Positions 40,701 to 52,816 of a DNA stretch of 64,000 nucleotides are shown piece after piece. The stretch is from Phoronis australis (taxonomy: Eukaryota; Animalia; Phoronida). Where the stretch lies: positions 300,646 through 364,645 of the forward strand of contig NMRA01000035.1 of the NCBI GenBank assembly GCA_002633005.1, given 5' to 3'. Position numbers and translations under genes: made by a program. Under the pieces are notes generated by a model. The model did no database searches. It had not been told where the DNA came from and saw nothing but the letters and a program-made list of their open reading frames with translations. Each line of letters opens with the position of its first letter. The first letter of the stretch is position 1.

Positions 40701-43700
40701 GTTTTAAGCTCCCCATGGAGACAGGTCCCAGGTGTCCTGTCTCATGTACCCCAAGCAGAATATGTACACAATGTTGGGCTAATGTTACTGGTTAGTTATC
40801 AGATATGAGTGCAGTCTGTGGTCTGAATAAAGACTGATAGTGTGAGCTTTGAAGCTACTCCTCTGTGATTTGTGCGTAATTCAGACGTAGACTAAAAAGT
40901 TAACTAAAAAGCATTTTTGTTTTACAGGGCTATGGGGCGTTGGTGTGGAAACATCATTTAGAGGGAATCCATTGGGATATTATATTTTGTAAGTATCTAA
41001 TCATGGCAGATTGTTGATTAAAATTACAGTACAGTAACTATGGCTAGTCTGTAGTCGGAAGCTTTTTTTCTAGATGGCCTTGGTTCATGAACTAAATTTC
41101 AAACCCCTTTCTTCATTAATTGGTTCATGTCATATTTGAGTAAACCTGGTTGATTTAAAGTGCATTCCACCCTGTTTAGGTGGCTAAAAATGAAAATGGG
41201 GTTGGGTCTTCTCTCTCGATCTCATAATATTCCTTGTGGTGATTGGATTCTGTTTTCCTTACACACAAGACCATCAAGACCATTAGCAACTCAAGAAAGG
41301 ACATCAGATTTTATTGGGACTATACAACCGTAAAATTGTGAATTTGAAAGTGTCATTGCTCTTGACTTGAGTTGGTGAATAAATAGAATCATGTCACAAT
41401 AAGGAATATTGTGAGACAGATTTTATGAGAATAGAAGGCCTAATTCAATTCTGTTTTTAACCAGCTTAACTAGACGAAAATGTGTAAGTAATGATGCACA
41501 CTTTGTAACCACGGAAATGGCTGAGGCTTTTTATGAGTATGTGAGGTGCAGTGTGCAGTCTGGTCTCAAGTAAGAATCAATGACTCCATAGTCATTCTTG
41601 ACTGACCATAATAAGCACGTGCATGTAGTCGAGTCATAATTGACTCTGTAGCTACTTATTCTTGTGTGCCTGCCACTTTTGTTTTTACTTAAAGTGCTTA
41701 AAACCATTTATCTTGTTTCGACGAGTGACTACATTGTCAGCATCATTAAACCCTCCATTATGTCACTGCATATCACAATCGTGAATTCAATATCCCGAAA
41801 ATGAGAAAATAGAAAAAATAAGTGACTTCAGCTGAAAGTTTCTTAGCTCCACAGACATGGATGTGACATATGAACATTTCCAGTGCTAGCGTGTCAGAAA
41901 AAGCACCCTTTGATAGGGAAACGTGATGAAGCAGTTTCCTCTGTTGGCGACATGTCCTCTCGGTTTGCGCATAATTGTGTTAAGGACCTGAAATGAACCG
42001 ATCTGAAATTGTAGGCAGTTGTGATTGCACTTCTTGTGACATTGCGCCCCTGTTTGTTATGGCTATATGCACAAATAACTGAATCTATTTTAGCAGGTGA
42101 ATGTCATGACCTGCAACTATTGTTTGTTTTGAGATAAATGTGGATACTGTCAAGAACATGACCTATTTGGAAAGGTCATTGTGTTGCTGATTGGAAACAA
42201 ATAAGGCATTGAATATTTTGAGAAATTTTTCGCTGAAACACACACACACACAAACACACACTCGCTTTGTTTACTTATTCTGAAAATTTTCTTTTTGATA
42301 CTACTTGTTTTTTCAACTTATTCACTGTTGATGAGTCTAATGAATGTTAACGATAAAGATGACACTGGTGTGTTGAAATATTTCATATTCCATAGATTAC
42401 GGTAAAAATTCTCCAATTTGGGACATCCTTTAGAATTTGGGAGACATCAACTCCTTCAAAATTAAATTTTCTTGATTCTGGAATTTGGGACAAGGGAGAT
42501 TTTAGCCTTCACCATATTTCTCAAATTTTGGACAGTGGCTTTTCAATCATTTTTCCAGTGATTCTTGAATTTGGTAAGACCAATATTGTTTATTTCTAGA
42601 ATTTAGGACATATCTGACCATGAGCAAAATAATTAATTTTTCACTGTCTCAAACTGGAAAATTTTTACCGTAATAGGTTTTAAAAAAACTATTTTTACAT
42701 GGTGTTGTAATCGCCCGTGATTAACTTTGCTGATTGTGCGTCACTGGTAGACTTGTCAGACGAATCAAAAAGTGTGGTCAGAACATTTCTGATGAATGTG
42801 CATAGTACTAGTATGGGAGTGAAACAACTTTGCATAAAAATGAGGTTGAAGATGAAGGAACGCAGTTCTGACCGACTGCTTTTATGGCAGTGGTGTCTCG
42901 ACTGATGCGCTGTCTAAGAACAACCATTACTTGTTGTTTGAATGGTGGCAGGAAATCACTTGGAAAGTTTCTCGAGCATTTTGGAAATTTGAATAATTTA
43001 ATGAGAGTAAACAATGGATGTGATGGAGTATGAAGTTTTATATCAAGTTATAGATCATAGACAACAGATTTGCAACTCCAACATTTTTATTTGGAATTTC
43101 CAAAAGAGGCACCATTATCCATTTATTTGGCAGATGACTTACTTGTCGGAAGTAAAGCCGTGACTCACACCAGGTGGCACTAGTGAATAGTGTTGGTCAT
43201 ACCTTGTTTTTCATTAAATTAACATTTCCCGACCATTTTTATGCGCCCACATATTTATATGTGGACGCATTATGCCGTCATCTCTGTCCGTCCGTCCGTC
43301 CGTCCGTCCGGGCGGCGTCCGTCAGGCGTCCGGCGTCCGCTGCTCTATCTCCAAAACCCTTTGACATACGTTCATGAAATTTGGCACCTATGTTCCATTC
43401 ATGAATGGGACGGCATGTGCGAACTTTCGGACGGATCCGACTACCGGTGTGCCCCCTAGTGGCAATTTTATTTTTTTACGCTTACCTTTGTATCTTCAAA
43501 AGTCCTGAACGGATTTTCATGAAATTTGGTATGTAGGCACCTATTAGTGAGATGACGCTATCCTCCTGTTTTCAGATGGATTCGACATAGTTTGCGCCAC
43601 CTAGTGGCCATTTTTACTGTTTTCGAGTCTGTATTTTTGCGTCCACCCCTCTATCAACCAAACCGCTCAAAGGATGATTGTGAAAATTGGCGTGTATGTG

Positions 43701-46700
43701 CTTACTATAAGGAAGACAGCTGACAATGATTTTCAGATGATTTGGACTACTGTGGCGCCTCCTAGTGGTAGTTTTTTTTTTTTTGCGCCCATGGCTGTAT
43801 CTCCCAAACCGTTTGCAGGATCTTTACTAAATTTAGCAAGTGTATTTATGTGATGTTGACAACGGACGATGACGACTTTAGGATGATTCTGACTACCGGT
43901 ATTCCTCTAGTGGCAATTTTAGTATTTGCCTCTAGTGGCAATTTTAGTATTTTACATTGACCTCTGTATTTTCTTCAGGTGTGTACTTTGTGTTACTTCG
44001 TGACTATGAAGGAAAAGTTCCAAGTAGAAATTTGTTTCTGGCATTCTAATGCTGTGCTAATCTCGTATGCTGGTAAATTTGTTTTTAATTCTATGTTTCT
44101 GTGGTGCTTTAAGCAACTGGTGTATAGGATGTGCTTGTATTATGAAGATTACTCACTTTTTGCCCCTAGCCTATTGAGGAGACAAGAACCATGCCTTTCC
44201 ATTTTGCAAAGTACAACATACTACATATATGCCCTCTACTGGCCACTTTATGGTACCAATAAACAACCCTAGAAGGATACCGTATGCGGTGCAATTGTGG
44301 GCGCATTTCAACGCTCTGCGTTGCTCTTGTTGAAAAGCTTGTTGTACTGTGATGCATTCGACATAAAACTTTTCATTGTTAGTTACATTCCTTTTTGGTT
44401 TACCTGTTGTATGTCTTATTGTTTCAGGTGTACAGCTGGTCTAGTGTCATTTTTAGAGACTGTATTCTTGATCAACATTTGTATTTATCTATGCATCGGG
44501 TAAGTACTCTGGCTCTTGAGGTTTATTGCAAAGTTGACCCTAAGAGTGTCTAATGCAAAAGCTGTATGTTGTATTTCCATTTGTTGTCAACTGAAGAGTT
44601 TTGTGAATGCGGTCTTGTCAGATGGGTCCTGTAACTGGATGGGTCCTATTAATGAAATTAAGACTACTTGTGCTTTCGGGGCTCGGAAGACTGTGCCTTG
44701 AAACTAAGATGAGCAAGTTTGCGGCATGGTTGGCCTACTGTATGAAACACCTCAGTCAGTCACGAGAGCCCTGTTATGATTTAATAAGTTCTTCATAAAA
44801 GTTTTCAATTCTGTACGTATCTTCTGAGAAAATGGACAGACTGCTCCACGCGTCGTCAAACTTTTTTGTCTTAATACCTAAGCAAATCGTAAATACTCAT
44901 TAATAAGTTACTATTTTTAATTCCATTTGTTTCAACAATATTTCTTTATCAATGTAGAATGGTGCTCAAAACAATGGATGCCCACTGGAATCAATTTCAT
45001 TAAAGAGTTATGTAACCATCCTGTTATTTCAGTGAGGACCAAAGTCTCTGCATACGCTGTTGGAAAGGTGTGCTGTGGGTTGATGATTGGAGAAGGGGAT
45101 TGCTTTACCTTCTGTTGTCTATTGGCTGCTTTGTACAACCATACGAAGTATGGCTGGCAGTTATTTCAGGTAAGGAATTGACTGAAGTTGCAGTAACCTT
45201 TCTTGGTTTCTTTGTACAACCATACAAAGTATGACTGGCAGTTATGTTAGGTGAAGAGATTTGATTGATGGCTTGAGAGTACGTTCTACTAAAAACATTT
45301 AAGTAATGAAAAGTTAGCATGATTACTTTCAGGGTAAAATTAATTTAATTTAAAGTAAGTTTTGTTCAGAGCTAAGGGGTTCCTTAAGCTCGACTATTCC
45401 TGACCAGTTCAAAGTGTTCCACTTGAGTTCATATGCACTGCATGACATTGACTATCAACGATTATCTGCGGTTAACTTAAAATTGCACTAACCAAAGCTA
45501 CTGAATTTAATAAATGTAAAAAAATTACATCAATGATAATGTAGTGATAAATTTTTACCATTTTTGTGTGAACCAGTGTCAGCCATGTGGACTGGCTAGA
45601 CCTACTTGTGGCAATGTACTGAGTGTTGAAAGTGAGATAGTTTTCTCAGTTGTTGAGGCTACTGCTCATGGGTATCTTTCTTCCAATGTAATGTGCATGT
45701 GGACTGGCTAGACTTACTTGTGGCAATGTACTGAGTGTTGAAAGTGAGATAGTGTTCTCAGTTGTTGAGGCTACTGCTCATGGGTATCTCTCTTCCGATG
45801 TAATGTGCATGTGGACATGCTCGACACAATTATCAAAAACCTCCATTAAAACAGTGTGCTAAGTCACATTGGAAAAGCATCGAATACCATACATTTCCAG
45901 CTAAGTTTGGAAATTCTTGTATTTCGCACACTAATCTCAAATCTCTCAATGCTATATAGTGTTCGATTTGGCGACCTACAACTCGCCAGTGTGACCTCAG
46001 ATTTTGTTTGGTGAGCTGGTAAAAGTCCCAGCTCACCAGGGTATTGTGAGTTACCGCCAAGTTTGAAGAATCGGGACATTTTACCAGTAATTCAGTTCGA
46101 AATTTGTGGAGAATTCTTAATACTTGAAAATTAATGACATTTTTACCAAATACAATGCCCTTGGTTCATATTATGCACACCTTCGAGCTCGCGCTAAAAA
46201 AGGCTACAGGAAGTAAGAGTTCATGAGTCATACACAGACGTGTTCTGATCGCTTGTTTTTCCTTAGGCTGGGTGGAATATCAGGGTGCCTAAGGGGTAAA
46301 TTAGTCACCTTTGAGCGCGTAATGTGCCATTCTCCTTATTTTTCATGACTTTGGTGTTGCAGAGTATATTTGTCCCGTTTTTCAATTCAGATGTTCTATT
46401 TATTCATTTTCGACTGTTACAAGTTTATGCCAAGTGTGGAGGACAGGACTTCGGGACCCTCACATATGGGGTTTCCCTTTTTGGTGAGCTCATTCCCCAT
46501 TTTGTGACCTGGAAATTTTTACGAGGTTGCGCTAAATGAGCTGATGTTTCTATAAGCGCTGTGTCTTCTTTTTTGTTAGGACTTGGTTTTTGGACGTGCA
46601 CTGTACCCGTTACTGTTCTGCATAGCTTGGGAATCCGTCAATCTTTCGTGAGAAACAATGAACCCGAAAAATTTAAACATGAGCCAAAAATGTTTCAGCC

Positions 46701-48910
46701 CTTGTTGTTCGTATTAGTGATGATGAGTACATTGCTTGCTTTGCAGGTCTGATGTTAGTCATAGGTGGAGTATTCTACTGTCTGAAGACCTATAAAACTA
46801 AGCTAGAGGAACGCACAGAAGCCCAGAGAGAGGAGGAAAACTATGACAGGTTTGACACGTGCCTTGTTTATATCATATATTTGTAAATACGTGGTGACCT
46901 TCGCCCAACTGTTGATTCAGATTAATTGAAATACTGGTGAAAGTGAAACATCACTATTTACGTGTAGAAAATATATATCTGAAACTAAATAAGGCGATCC
47001 AGATCCTCCCAAGGATACTATTTACGTGTAGGAATGTAAAGCTTGTAGTTCTTATAGAACAAAATCTTGTCGTTGAAGTTTGAGGCATGCATTTCAAAAT
47101 TACAATTTTTGTGGTTACAAAATTCATGACCCTTTAGCAACAGTTAAAATCTAATTGGAGAAAACATTATCTCGTGTCTGTTTCATGATTTCTGACTTAA
47201 AGCTAAGTCAGAAATTTGGTCTTATGCTCTGCATAACTAGTTCTGGAAAACAATTAAATCTCATTTTAGCAAAAGTGCAACGTCTCTGAGAATGTACGAA
47301 CTTTGCTTGTGTTGTGATACCGATGCTGTGGAGGATGAGTTACATTTTATGTTTGATTGTTTTCTTTATAACTTATGGAGGTCTATTCTAGTTAATAAAG
47401 TTTCACTTCAAGTCCCGAACTTTGCAGATTTAGAAGATTAGACACATTAAAACTGTTGTTTCAGTATTTCCCTAAGCAATTCGCCAAATATATCAAGTCT
47501 GCTTTTATTTTGAACTTAGAAACTGTTGCATTTATGGTACATGAGTTGTGTGGTTAAAGTACAGTTACTTCAAACAGTTAATAGGTATAACATTCGTAAC
47601 AAAAAGAAGTATGCAGCCCAGTTGGGCTTATTATTTACTTGTCACTATAATTAATAAATGCATAATTACATACATACAGATAACTTCTAGTTACTCAGAA
47701 AATTTCTGAAACTTATTTCTAGACTGATGCACTCATGATTACTTGGCTTAAACCTTTATTCAGCAAATTGTGAAGTGGAAGCGCAAGACTGTCTAATATG
47801 TATTATGTCATTTTCATGAAACAGATCCCCTGATTACAACAAAGCAAGGCAATCATGAACTACAGTTGTTGTAACAATACATCCTCCTCACACGCATCAA
47901 AGTTTTTGTGTCAATAGGACGGTCCGGGATAGAAATCTCCTATTCCTCATTTAAACAGATTCTAGGAATCATGCAGAGAATATCGCATATTCTGATACTT
48001 CTCAAATTTGTCCAACTTTCTGCCATCAAGAGTTGCAGCCCATAGCAGGGCACTAAAACTTGGCAGGCAGTTGAAGGTCGAATACACTTAATGCAGTCAA
48101 GAAAGGAAAATGGTCTGACATAGGGTGGCCGAATTTTGAGAACCAGTTTTCTCCACTAAATAACGGACATCAAACTGGTTCTCAAAATCCGGGCACATTA
48201 TATCAAACTATTGCCGTCAAGAACAGAGCAAGGCACCAACAAATAACATGAGAAAATCCAATGACGCAAAAAGGAAGCTAGATAACTGTTTGACAGATTA
48301 TGCAGCATTGTGGATAAATACCGTGAAATTGAAGTGTCGCTGTGTAATCCGGCACTGTCTTATGTTATGCTAGTAAAGAAAGCAGTGTGTGGAGTTTTAA
48401 TGATATCCTGGAGAGACCTCTGGTGGAGTTGTCTGGTCGCCGAGTGCTTGTACAGGGCTTGGAATTTTTATCTTTTAAGAGAATTTCCTCTTTTTTGGCT
48501 TTGATTTCCTGTTATTTGATTTCCTGTTTCCTCTTTTTTCATCTCTTTTTTATCGTCATTTTGACTTTATTCATGCAAAAAAACATATTTTGCAGTTAAA
48601 TTTTACAACACAGAAAACATCTCTATCACATAAGCCTGTTGATTTGTAAAACGATACGTCACCTGGAAAATTTTCCTCTTTTCTGTCACTGGTTATTTCA
48701 AGCCCTGTTTGACATTGTGGAGAGACCTCTGGTGGAGTTGTCTGTAAACTGGTGTTTTCTTGTTACAGGTTTGAAATTGTTGATGATGATGACGATGATT
48801 TTGCTGATGACATCAACAACTCGTTACCACGAGATATGGAAATTAATCACCAGGAGACGGATGCCATGTTGGAAAATTTGGCTGGACAAGATGAAATTCT
48901 GGAGGTTTAG
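37639..48910 (+). CDS. TMEM72: TMEM72-like multi-pass membrane protein, spliced CDS join(37639-37723,40928-40988,44428-44499,45033-45169,46747-46849,48769-48910), 199 aa
   Basis: Six GT-AG exons with consistent phases (1,2,2,1,2), 600 nt. Translation MGSAWCSKDCCLEYFVWICRFWGVVTAIGLWGVGVETSFRGNPLGYYILCTAGLVSFLETVFLINICIYLCIGEDQSLCIRCWKGVLWVDDWRRGLLYLLLSIGCFVQPYEVWLAVISGLMLVIGGVFYCLKTYKTK... parallels, from memory, vertebrate TMEM72 (LEYTCRLLGITTA..LIGVGTET..YLLLSVACFLHP..W...G). Confidence 0.85.
39027..40400. repeat. ~687-bp direct duplication either side of the N at 39714
   Basis: ORF pairs 39236/39923 and 39400/40087 are offset by 687 and near-identical. Confidence 0.9.
40928..40988 (+). CDS. 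TMEM72: TMEM72-like exon 2 (GLWGVGVETSFRGNPLGYYIL)
   Basis: ttttacag acceptor, TT|gtaagt donor, 61 nt. Confidence 0.88.
43236..44331 (+). mobile_element. Helentron-associated non-autonomous element (HINE/DINE-1-like) in TMEM72-like intron 2
   Basis: T-run, then 5' subTIR ATGCGCCCAC (43241) with a nearby inverted partner GTGGACGCAT (43261), a (GTCC)n microsatellite, ~4 diverged ~120-170 bp core repeats (ATGAAATTTGG...CCTAGTGG), 3' subTIR GTGGGCGCAT (44297-44306), hairpin CAACGC-TCT-GCGTTG and a TT end. Confidence 0.75.
44428..44499 (+). CDS. TMEM72: TMEM72-like exon 3 (CTAGLVSFLETVFLINICIYLCIG)
   Basis: tttcag acceptor, GG|gtaagt donor, 72 nt, hydrophobic helix. Confidence 0.88.
45033..45169 (+). 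CDS. TMEM72: TMEM72-like exon 4 (EDQSLCIRCWKGVLWVDDWRRGLLYLLLSIGCFVQPYEVWLAVIS)
   Basis: tttcag acceptor, CAG|gtaagg donor, 137 nt. Confidence 0.88.
45584..45816. repeat. Tandem duplication, 112-bp unit x2 plus a partial third
   Basis: CATGTGGAC recurs at 45584, 45696 and 45808. Confidence 0.9.
46747..46849 (+). CDS. TMEM72: TMEM72-like exon 5 (GLMLVIGGVFYCLKTYKTKLEERTEAQREEENYDR)
   Basis: ttgcag acceptor, AG|gtttga donor, 103 nt; last TM helix then basic stop-transfer residues. Confidence 0.85.
47270..47680 (+). mobile_element. 3' end of a LINE (CxxC...EDExHFxFxC motif, 3'UTR, AATAAA and short tandem tail)
   Basis: Translates CLCCDTDAVEDELHFMFDCFLYN...VSLQVPNFAD; a homologous inverted copy lies at ~26480-26820. 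Confidence 0.75.
48128..48195. repeat. ~70-bp stem-loop repeat TTTTGAGAACCAGTTT...AAACTGGTTCTCAAAA; copies at ~9090-9150, ~51144-51216, ~61800-61870, half copy ~62757-62780
   Basis: Inverted arms read directly at each locus. Confidence 0.75.
48769..48910 (+). CDS. TMEM72: TMEM72-like exon 6 (acidic cytoplasmic tail FEIVDDDDDDFADD...QDEILEV*)
   Basis: ttacag acceptor, phase matches exon 5, open to TAG at 48908-48910. Confidence 0.8.
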
Positions 48911-49180
48911 ATCTGTTGTTCGGTTGCTATTTTAGTGTTTACTAGTAGTAGTAAGTCATCTCTGTTGTAATTAGGAATGCATCATTTCAATTTTTTGGAC
49001 ATTGTGCTATCATCCTGGCCGTATATTTATTTCCATCAATTTGAATCTCGAGAAATATCGGAGAAGGATGAGGCAAGCCCAGTTTGAGTTTCTATGGTAA
49101 TTTAATTCAATAGTGTACAGGTTTGATGTCGGATGTCGTCAGTTACAATATGAACATAACTGCCATCAAGGCAGGGTTCA

Positions 49181-49280
49181 AGGAGGCAATGTGGTCTAGT
49201 GTGATAGGTGCACGCTTTTTGAGGTCGTGGGTTTGAGTCTCACTGAGCCACACTGCTAGACCCTTGAGTCAGGTTTCTAG
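49181..49280 (+). mobile_element. tRNA-derived SINE remnant in the TMEM72-like 3' region
   Basis: A-box-like TGGTCTAGTG, B-box-like GGTTTGAGTC, then a CCCTTGAGxxAGG core-like motif; no tRNA cloverleaf evident. Confidence 0.5.
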
Positions 49281-50110
49281 CTCCTCAGCTCGGTTTTAAC
49301 TTATATATTAATAAAGCATAAAAATAGTTCCAGGTGATCAGTGTAATGGGCCCACTTGCACGGCCTGTGCTCGTCTGGTACAACCTACCAGGTAGCCTGC
49401 AATTATTATTTAATTCAAATGGTACTGTATATGTGAGCTTACCAGGTGATTTGTATTGGGAAATCTTTGCATTTGTGAAAATTTATCCAAATGTGGAATG
49501 AACTTAGCGCTTAGTCCGTTTTGCATACTCATACGTGTGGATGCCCATGTTCGACCAAATGCCCACCCCCGAAATTTCTTAATTTTCACTTTTGAATTCC
49601 CAATTTTTACAATCGAGACTGCCAATTAAAAGTCGACCAGTGTTTTTGTGAATGCCTGTCCCACGGGAGTTTTTTATCCTAAAATGAACGCAACTCATGT
49701 ATCTTTGAATGAGGGACAATCTGTCTCAGTGGCACCTTGCCCTATGTGGTGGTAAAATGTCCAGTCTTTACTGAAGAAACCATATGATAGTTTTTTTGAT
49801 TCCTGCACATTCTAATCTTGTCATACTTGTATGGAAAAAATAAAGACTGTTCACATAAATGCGCGCCCCAACTTCTCAAAAATATCATTTTTAAACATCC
49901 ATGCTCTGCTTAACACCCAGCGTCTGATTTTTTTACTTTACGAATTTAGCACTGTACATTCTGATCCATCCAGTTGTGAGATTTTCCCCATTAATTTAGT
50001 GTGAATGTTAGTCGTATTTTGATATTTATTTTTTATTGTTTTTCATATCCTTAAGCTTATAGCATTATTCTTACTAGCCTAGTTGCTTGATCTCCCCCTC
50101 GAATAAAAGT

Positions 50111-50710
50111 CCAGCTTAAACTTCAAACTCGTTTTTAAGATTATCTAGGACCTTAATAAACGACCTCAACTCTAAGAATTTTTGATTATTCACTTAGTTC
50201 AGGTTTTATGCTAAATAAACTTGCAAAATACGAGGTATTTTTGTAGAAAAAAGTCTTATTAGTATATTGCTCAAAACTAGACATTAAAAGGCAAAATCCT
50301 TACAGATTTTTTGAGACAAAACCTAAAGTTTTCATTTAAAAAAAGTAAATTCGGCTGGTTGGTTATTTTGCTATGAATGTACCTTTCTTGCACATAAAAA
50401 ATTGACTTAAAAACATCGTCAGGTGACAATAGTAAAGACACAGTAGTAAGATGTGTATTTTTAGAATCCTCCAACTTTCTCACTTTTTTCAGAAAATATA
50501 TACTATTAATTGTAAAAACGTCGTCACGTGACAATAGTGAAGACACAGTAGTAAGAAGTGTATTTTTAGAATCCTTCAACTTTCTCACTCCTTTCAGAAA
50601 ATATATACTTTTAATTGTTGACAAAACATAGTTTTTTTCGATTTTTGACTTAGAATTAAGGTCCTTTAGTTTGGTCCTAGATAACCTTAAGTGAGTGGCT
50701 GCAAACCTGG
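50111..50710. mobile_element. Degenerate MITE with long imperfect TIRs and an internal ~105-bp tandem duplication
   Basis: TTAAGATTATCTAGGACC near the left end versus GGTCCTAGATAACCTTAA near the right; AAAACxTCGTCAxGTGACAATAGT...AGAAAATATATACT repeated at ~50410 and ~50515. Confidence 0.65.
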
Positions 50711-51563
50711 CTCAGCTTTAATTTTCACTTGTGAAATTGTCTATGATTTTCTTAAAGAAAACAAGAAATCAATGTAACTTTTTGAATGTTATTCTGTATC
50801 ATTTCCAGTTTCTGTTTTTTCATTACTGGGTGGCAGTATCTGAAGTCTGTAAATGATTCATTTTTGTGTTTTTTACACATGTGCGTAGCATTTATTTTGT
50901 GGTTTACTGGAATCATCAGATAAATAGAGAGTCAATGCAGTACTTTTTGTTGTCTCCGTGTGCTCTTCGTTCTTGAAGGAAATTTACATTTACCTGAATG
51001 AAGAATTACAAGTTTGGAATTGTAAATTTACTAATTTTGCTCAGTAAGTCAATCTCTTATTGTTTTCTGTGCATCATACCGAAGAGGTGTCTTGAGGCTG
51101 GTCCTGTATTTGTTACAGGCATGGACAATAGTGGGATATAAGGTGCTCGTATTTTGAAAAAAACAGTTTGGTGCCTGTTATACAGTGGATAAAACTGGTT
51201 CTCAAAATTCAGGCACATCCTTATATCTGGCCATTACTTAGCCATGCACCCCATTCCAGCGAGCAGCAAACAATGACTTTTGGGTCATAAATTGTGAGAG
51301 TTGATATGTTATGTTTTTTGAACGTAAGGATTTTTTATTGCTTGAGGTCATTTTATTTTCATATTGCACCAAGATTAGCTCTTAAGCTATTCATGACTGT
51401 TGCATTTGACATTTTTGTCGTGGCTAGTATTGCTGTGTTTGGATGTCAGTCATAATACATGGGAAGTTGTGTGCACCTGAAATATTGCTATTGAATCGGG
51501 CTTTGACCATGTACTATGTGCTCTGAATGGCGACATTGTTAAACATTTAATGCAGCATTGTTG

Positions 51564-51569
51564 AATAAA
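51564..51569 (+). terminator. Candidate distal polyA signal of the TMEM72-like gene
   Basis: AATAAA followed by a T-rich downstream element, near where the CpG-poor zone ends; other AATAAA at ~49839 and 50102. Confidence 0.35.
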
Positions 51570-52076
51570 GATTGACAAAGTGTATGCATAGTAGATTTTA
51601 TTTCTTTCATTAGTTTCCGTTATAAAGTCTGAAATGGTTTTTAAATGTCTTTATATAGTCTAGGATGTCTAACCCTGTTTTAGCTATTATAATATTTAAA
51701 GCCCCATATCACCCTGTTTAGCTAGCTAAAACGATAATCGAATTAATTTTTGTCTCTTGAAAATGGCTCAGGTTATATTAGTCTACGTCCCTGGCCTACA
51801 AAAGTGGTCCTGCAACGTATCATTTCTATGGGTGAAGACAGTGTTGAACACTTGGTGGTAACTCTTGTTAATGCAGGGTAATTTTTTCATTTCGTCAAAA
51901 TTAAAATTAATTCCCGCGACCGTCTGTGTTTCGAAAATAGTGAATCTGACGATTTTTGTACCACTGTACAAAGTGAATAACTCTAACTTTAGCATCCCCA
52001 GAAATAATTCGCCACGATTTGTTTAAAAGGTATTTTTACGAGTTTTCGGGTTGCAGGTCTCTTTACATTTATATGT

Positions 52077-52082
52077 TTTATT
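52077..52082 (-). terminator. Candidate polyA signal AATAAA of bZIP copy A
   Basis: tttatt on + strand ~550 nt after the stop. Confidence 0.4.
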
Positions 52083-52627
52083 GTGTATTGTACACGGTCA
52101 GCCACAACAAATTAGTTAATAATGTAAATTTCTATTCACAGGTATCGTACTTGCCACTGTACCGCACCACAAATATATTCATCTAGCCACCTTCCAATCT
52201 CCAATGAGTGAATGTAATGCAAGGTTAGGGTGAAAATGGAAAATATTTTAAGGAAGGTGGTCTTGAGATATTTGAGACGAGGGCAAGTAGGAAGCAGATA
52301 CTGACTAGCCAATAAACGAAGGCCGCGTTATTTGCCCCAAGAAATAACAATGTCAAAAATAGAGCATGTAACGTTAATGAATCGCGAGGTCAGTGTTCAC
52401 AGGCACTCCTCAGCGGGCACTCCTTTGTTTAGCGGCTTCTTCTAAATCCTGGGAGAGTTATCGAGGAATTTACAAAGAGGTAGTTTTTTATAAACAGGTA
52501 CCTAAACACTATGTATGCCAGTGGTGGCAACACACACGGCTTGCATTGCTAGTTTTGCGTTTCGGACGTTTCAACAGTTCCAGGTGACACCCTGACTTCC
52601 TGAGACATGGCTTTGAGCATTTTTTGG

Positions 52628-52816
52628 TTAAGTATTCACGTCTCCGATAAAGTTATTGGCGGAAGAGCTATTCGAGTTGTCCAATGTCTCAGTGTTGCCT
52701 TTGTGAAACACGTCAAAATGTGCTCGTAACGAGTCCATTAAATCCTCTCTTTCCCGTGTTAATTTCCTCACGGAATGTTGCAGTTCGGTGTTTCTCGCCT
52801 CCAGTTGCAGAACTTC
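52628..52816 (-). CDS. bZIP copy A exon 3, leucine zipper and short tail
   Basis: gtttcag acceptor, 189 nt to TAA. Confidence 0.9.
   Translation of the reverse strand, partial: EVLQLEARNTELQHSVRKLTREREDLMDSLRAHFDVFHKGNTETLDNSNSSSANNFIGDVNT

Noticed and set aside
43979-44272. Apparent acceptor (ttcttcag) and 97-aa hydrophobic ORF inside TMEM72-like intron 2
   Set aside because: Lies within the Helentron-type element; the gene model is complete and in phase without it.
48405-48745. Short direct repeat GGAGAGACCTCTGGTGGAGTTGTCTG twice in intron 5
   Set aside because: Looks like an old local duplication with no coding or structural signal.
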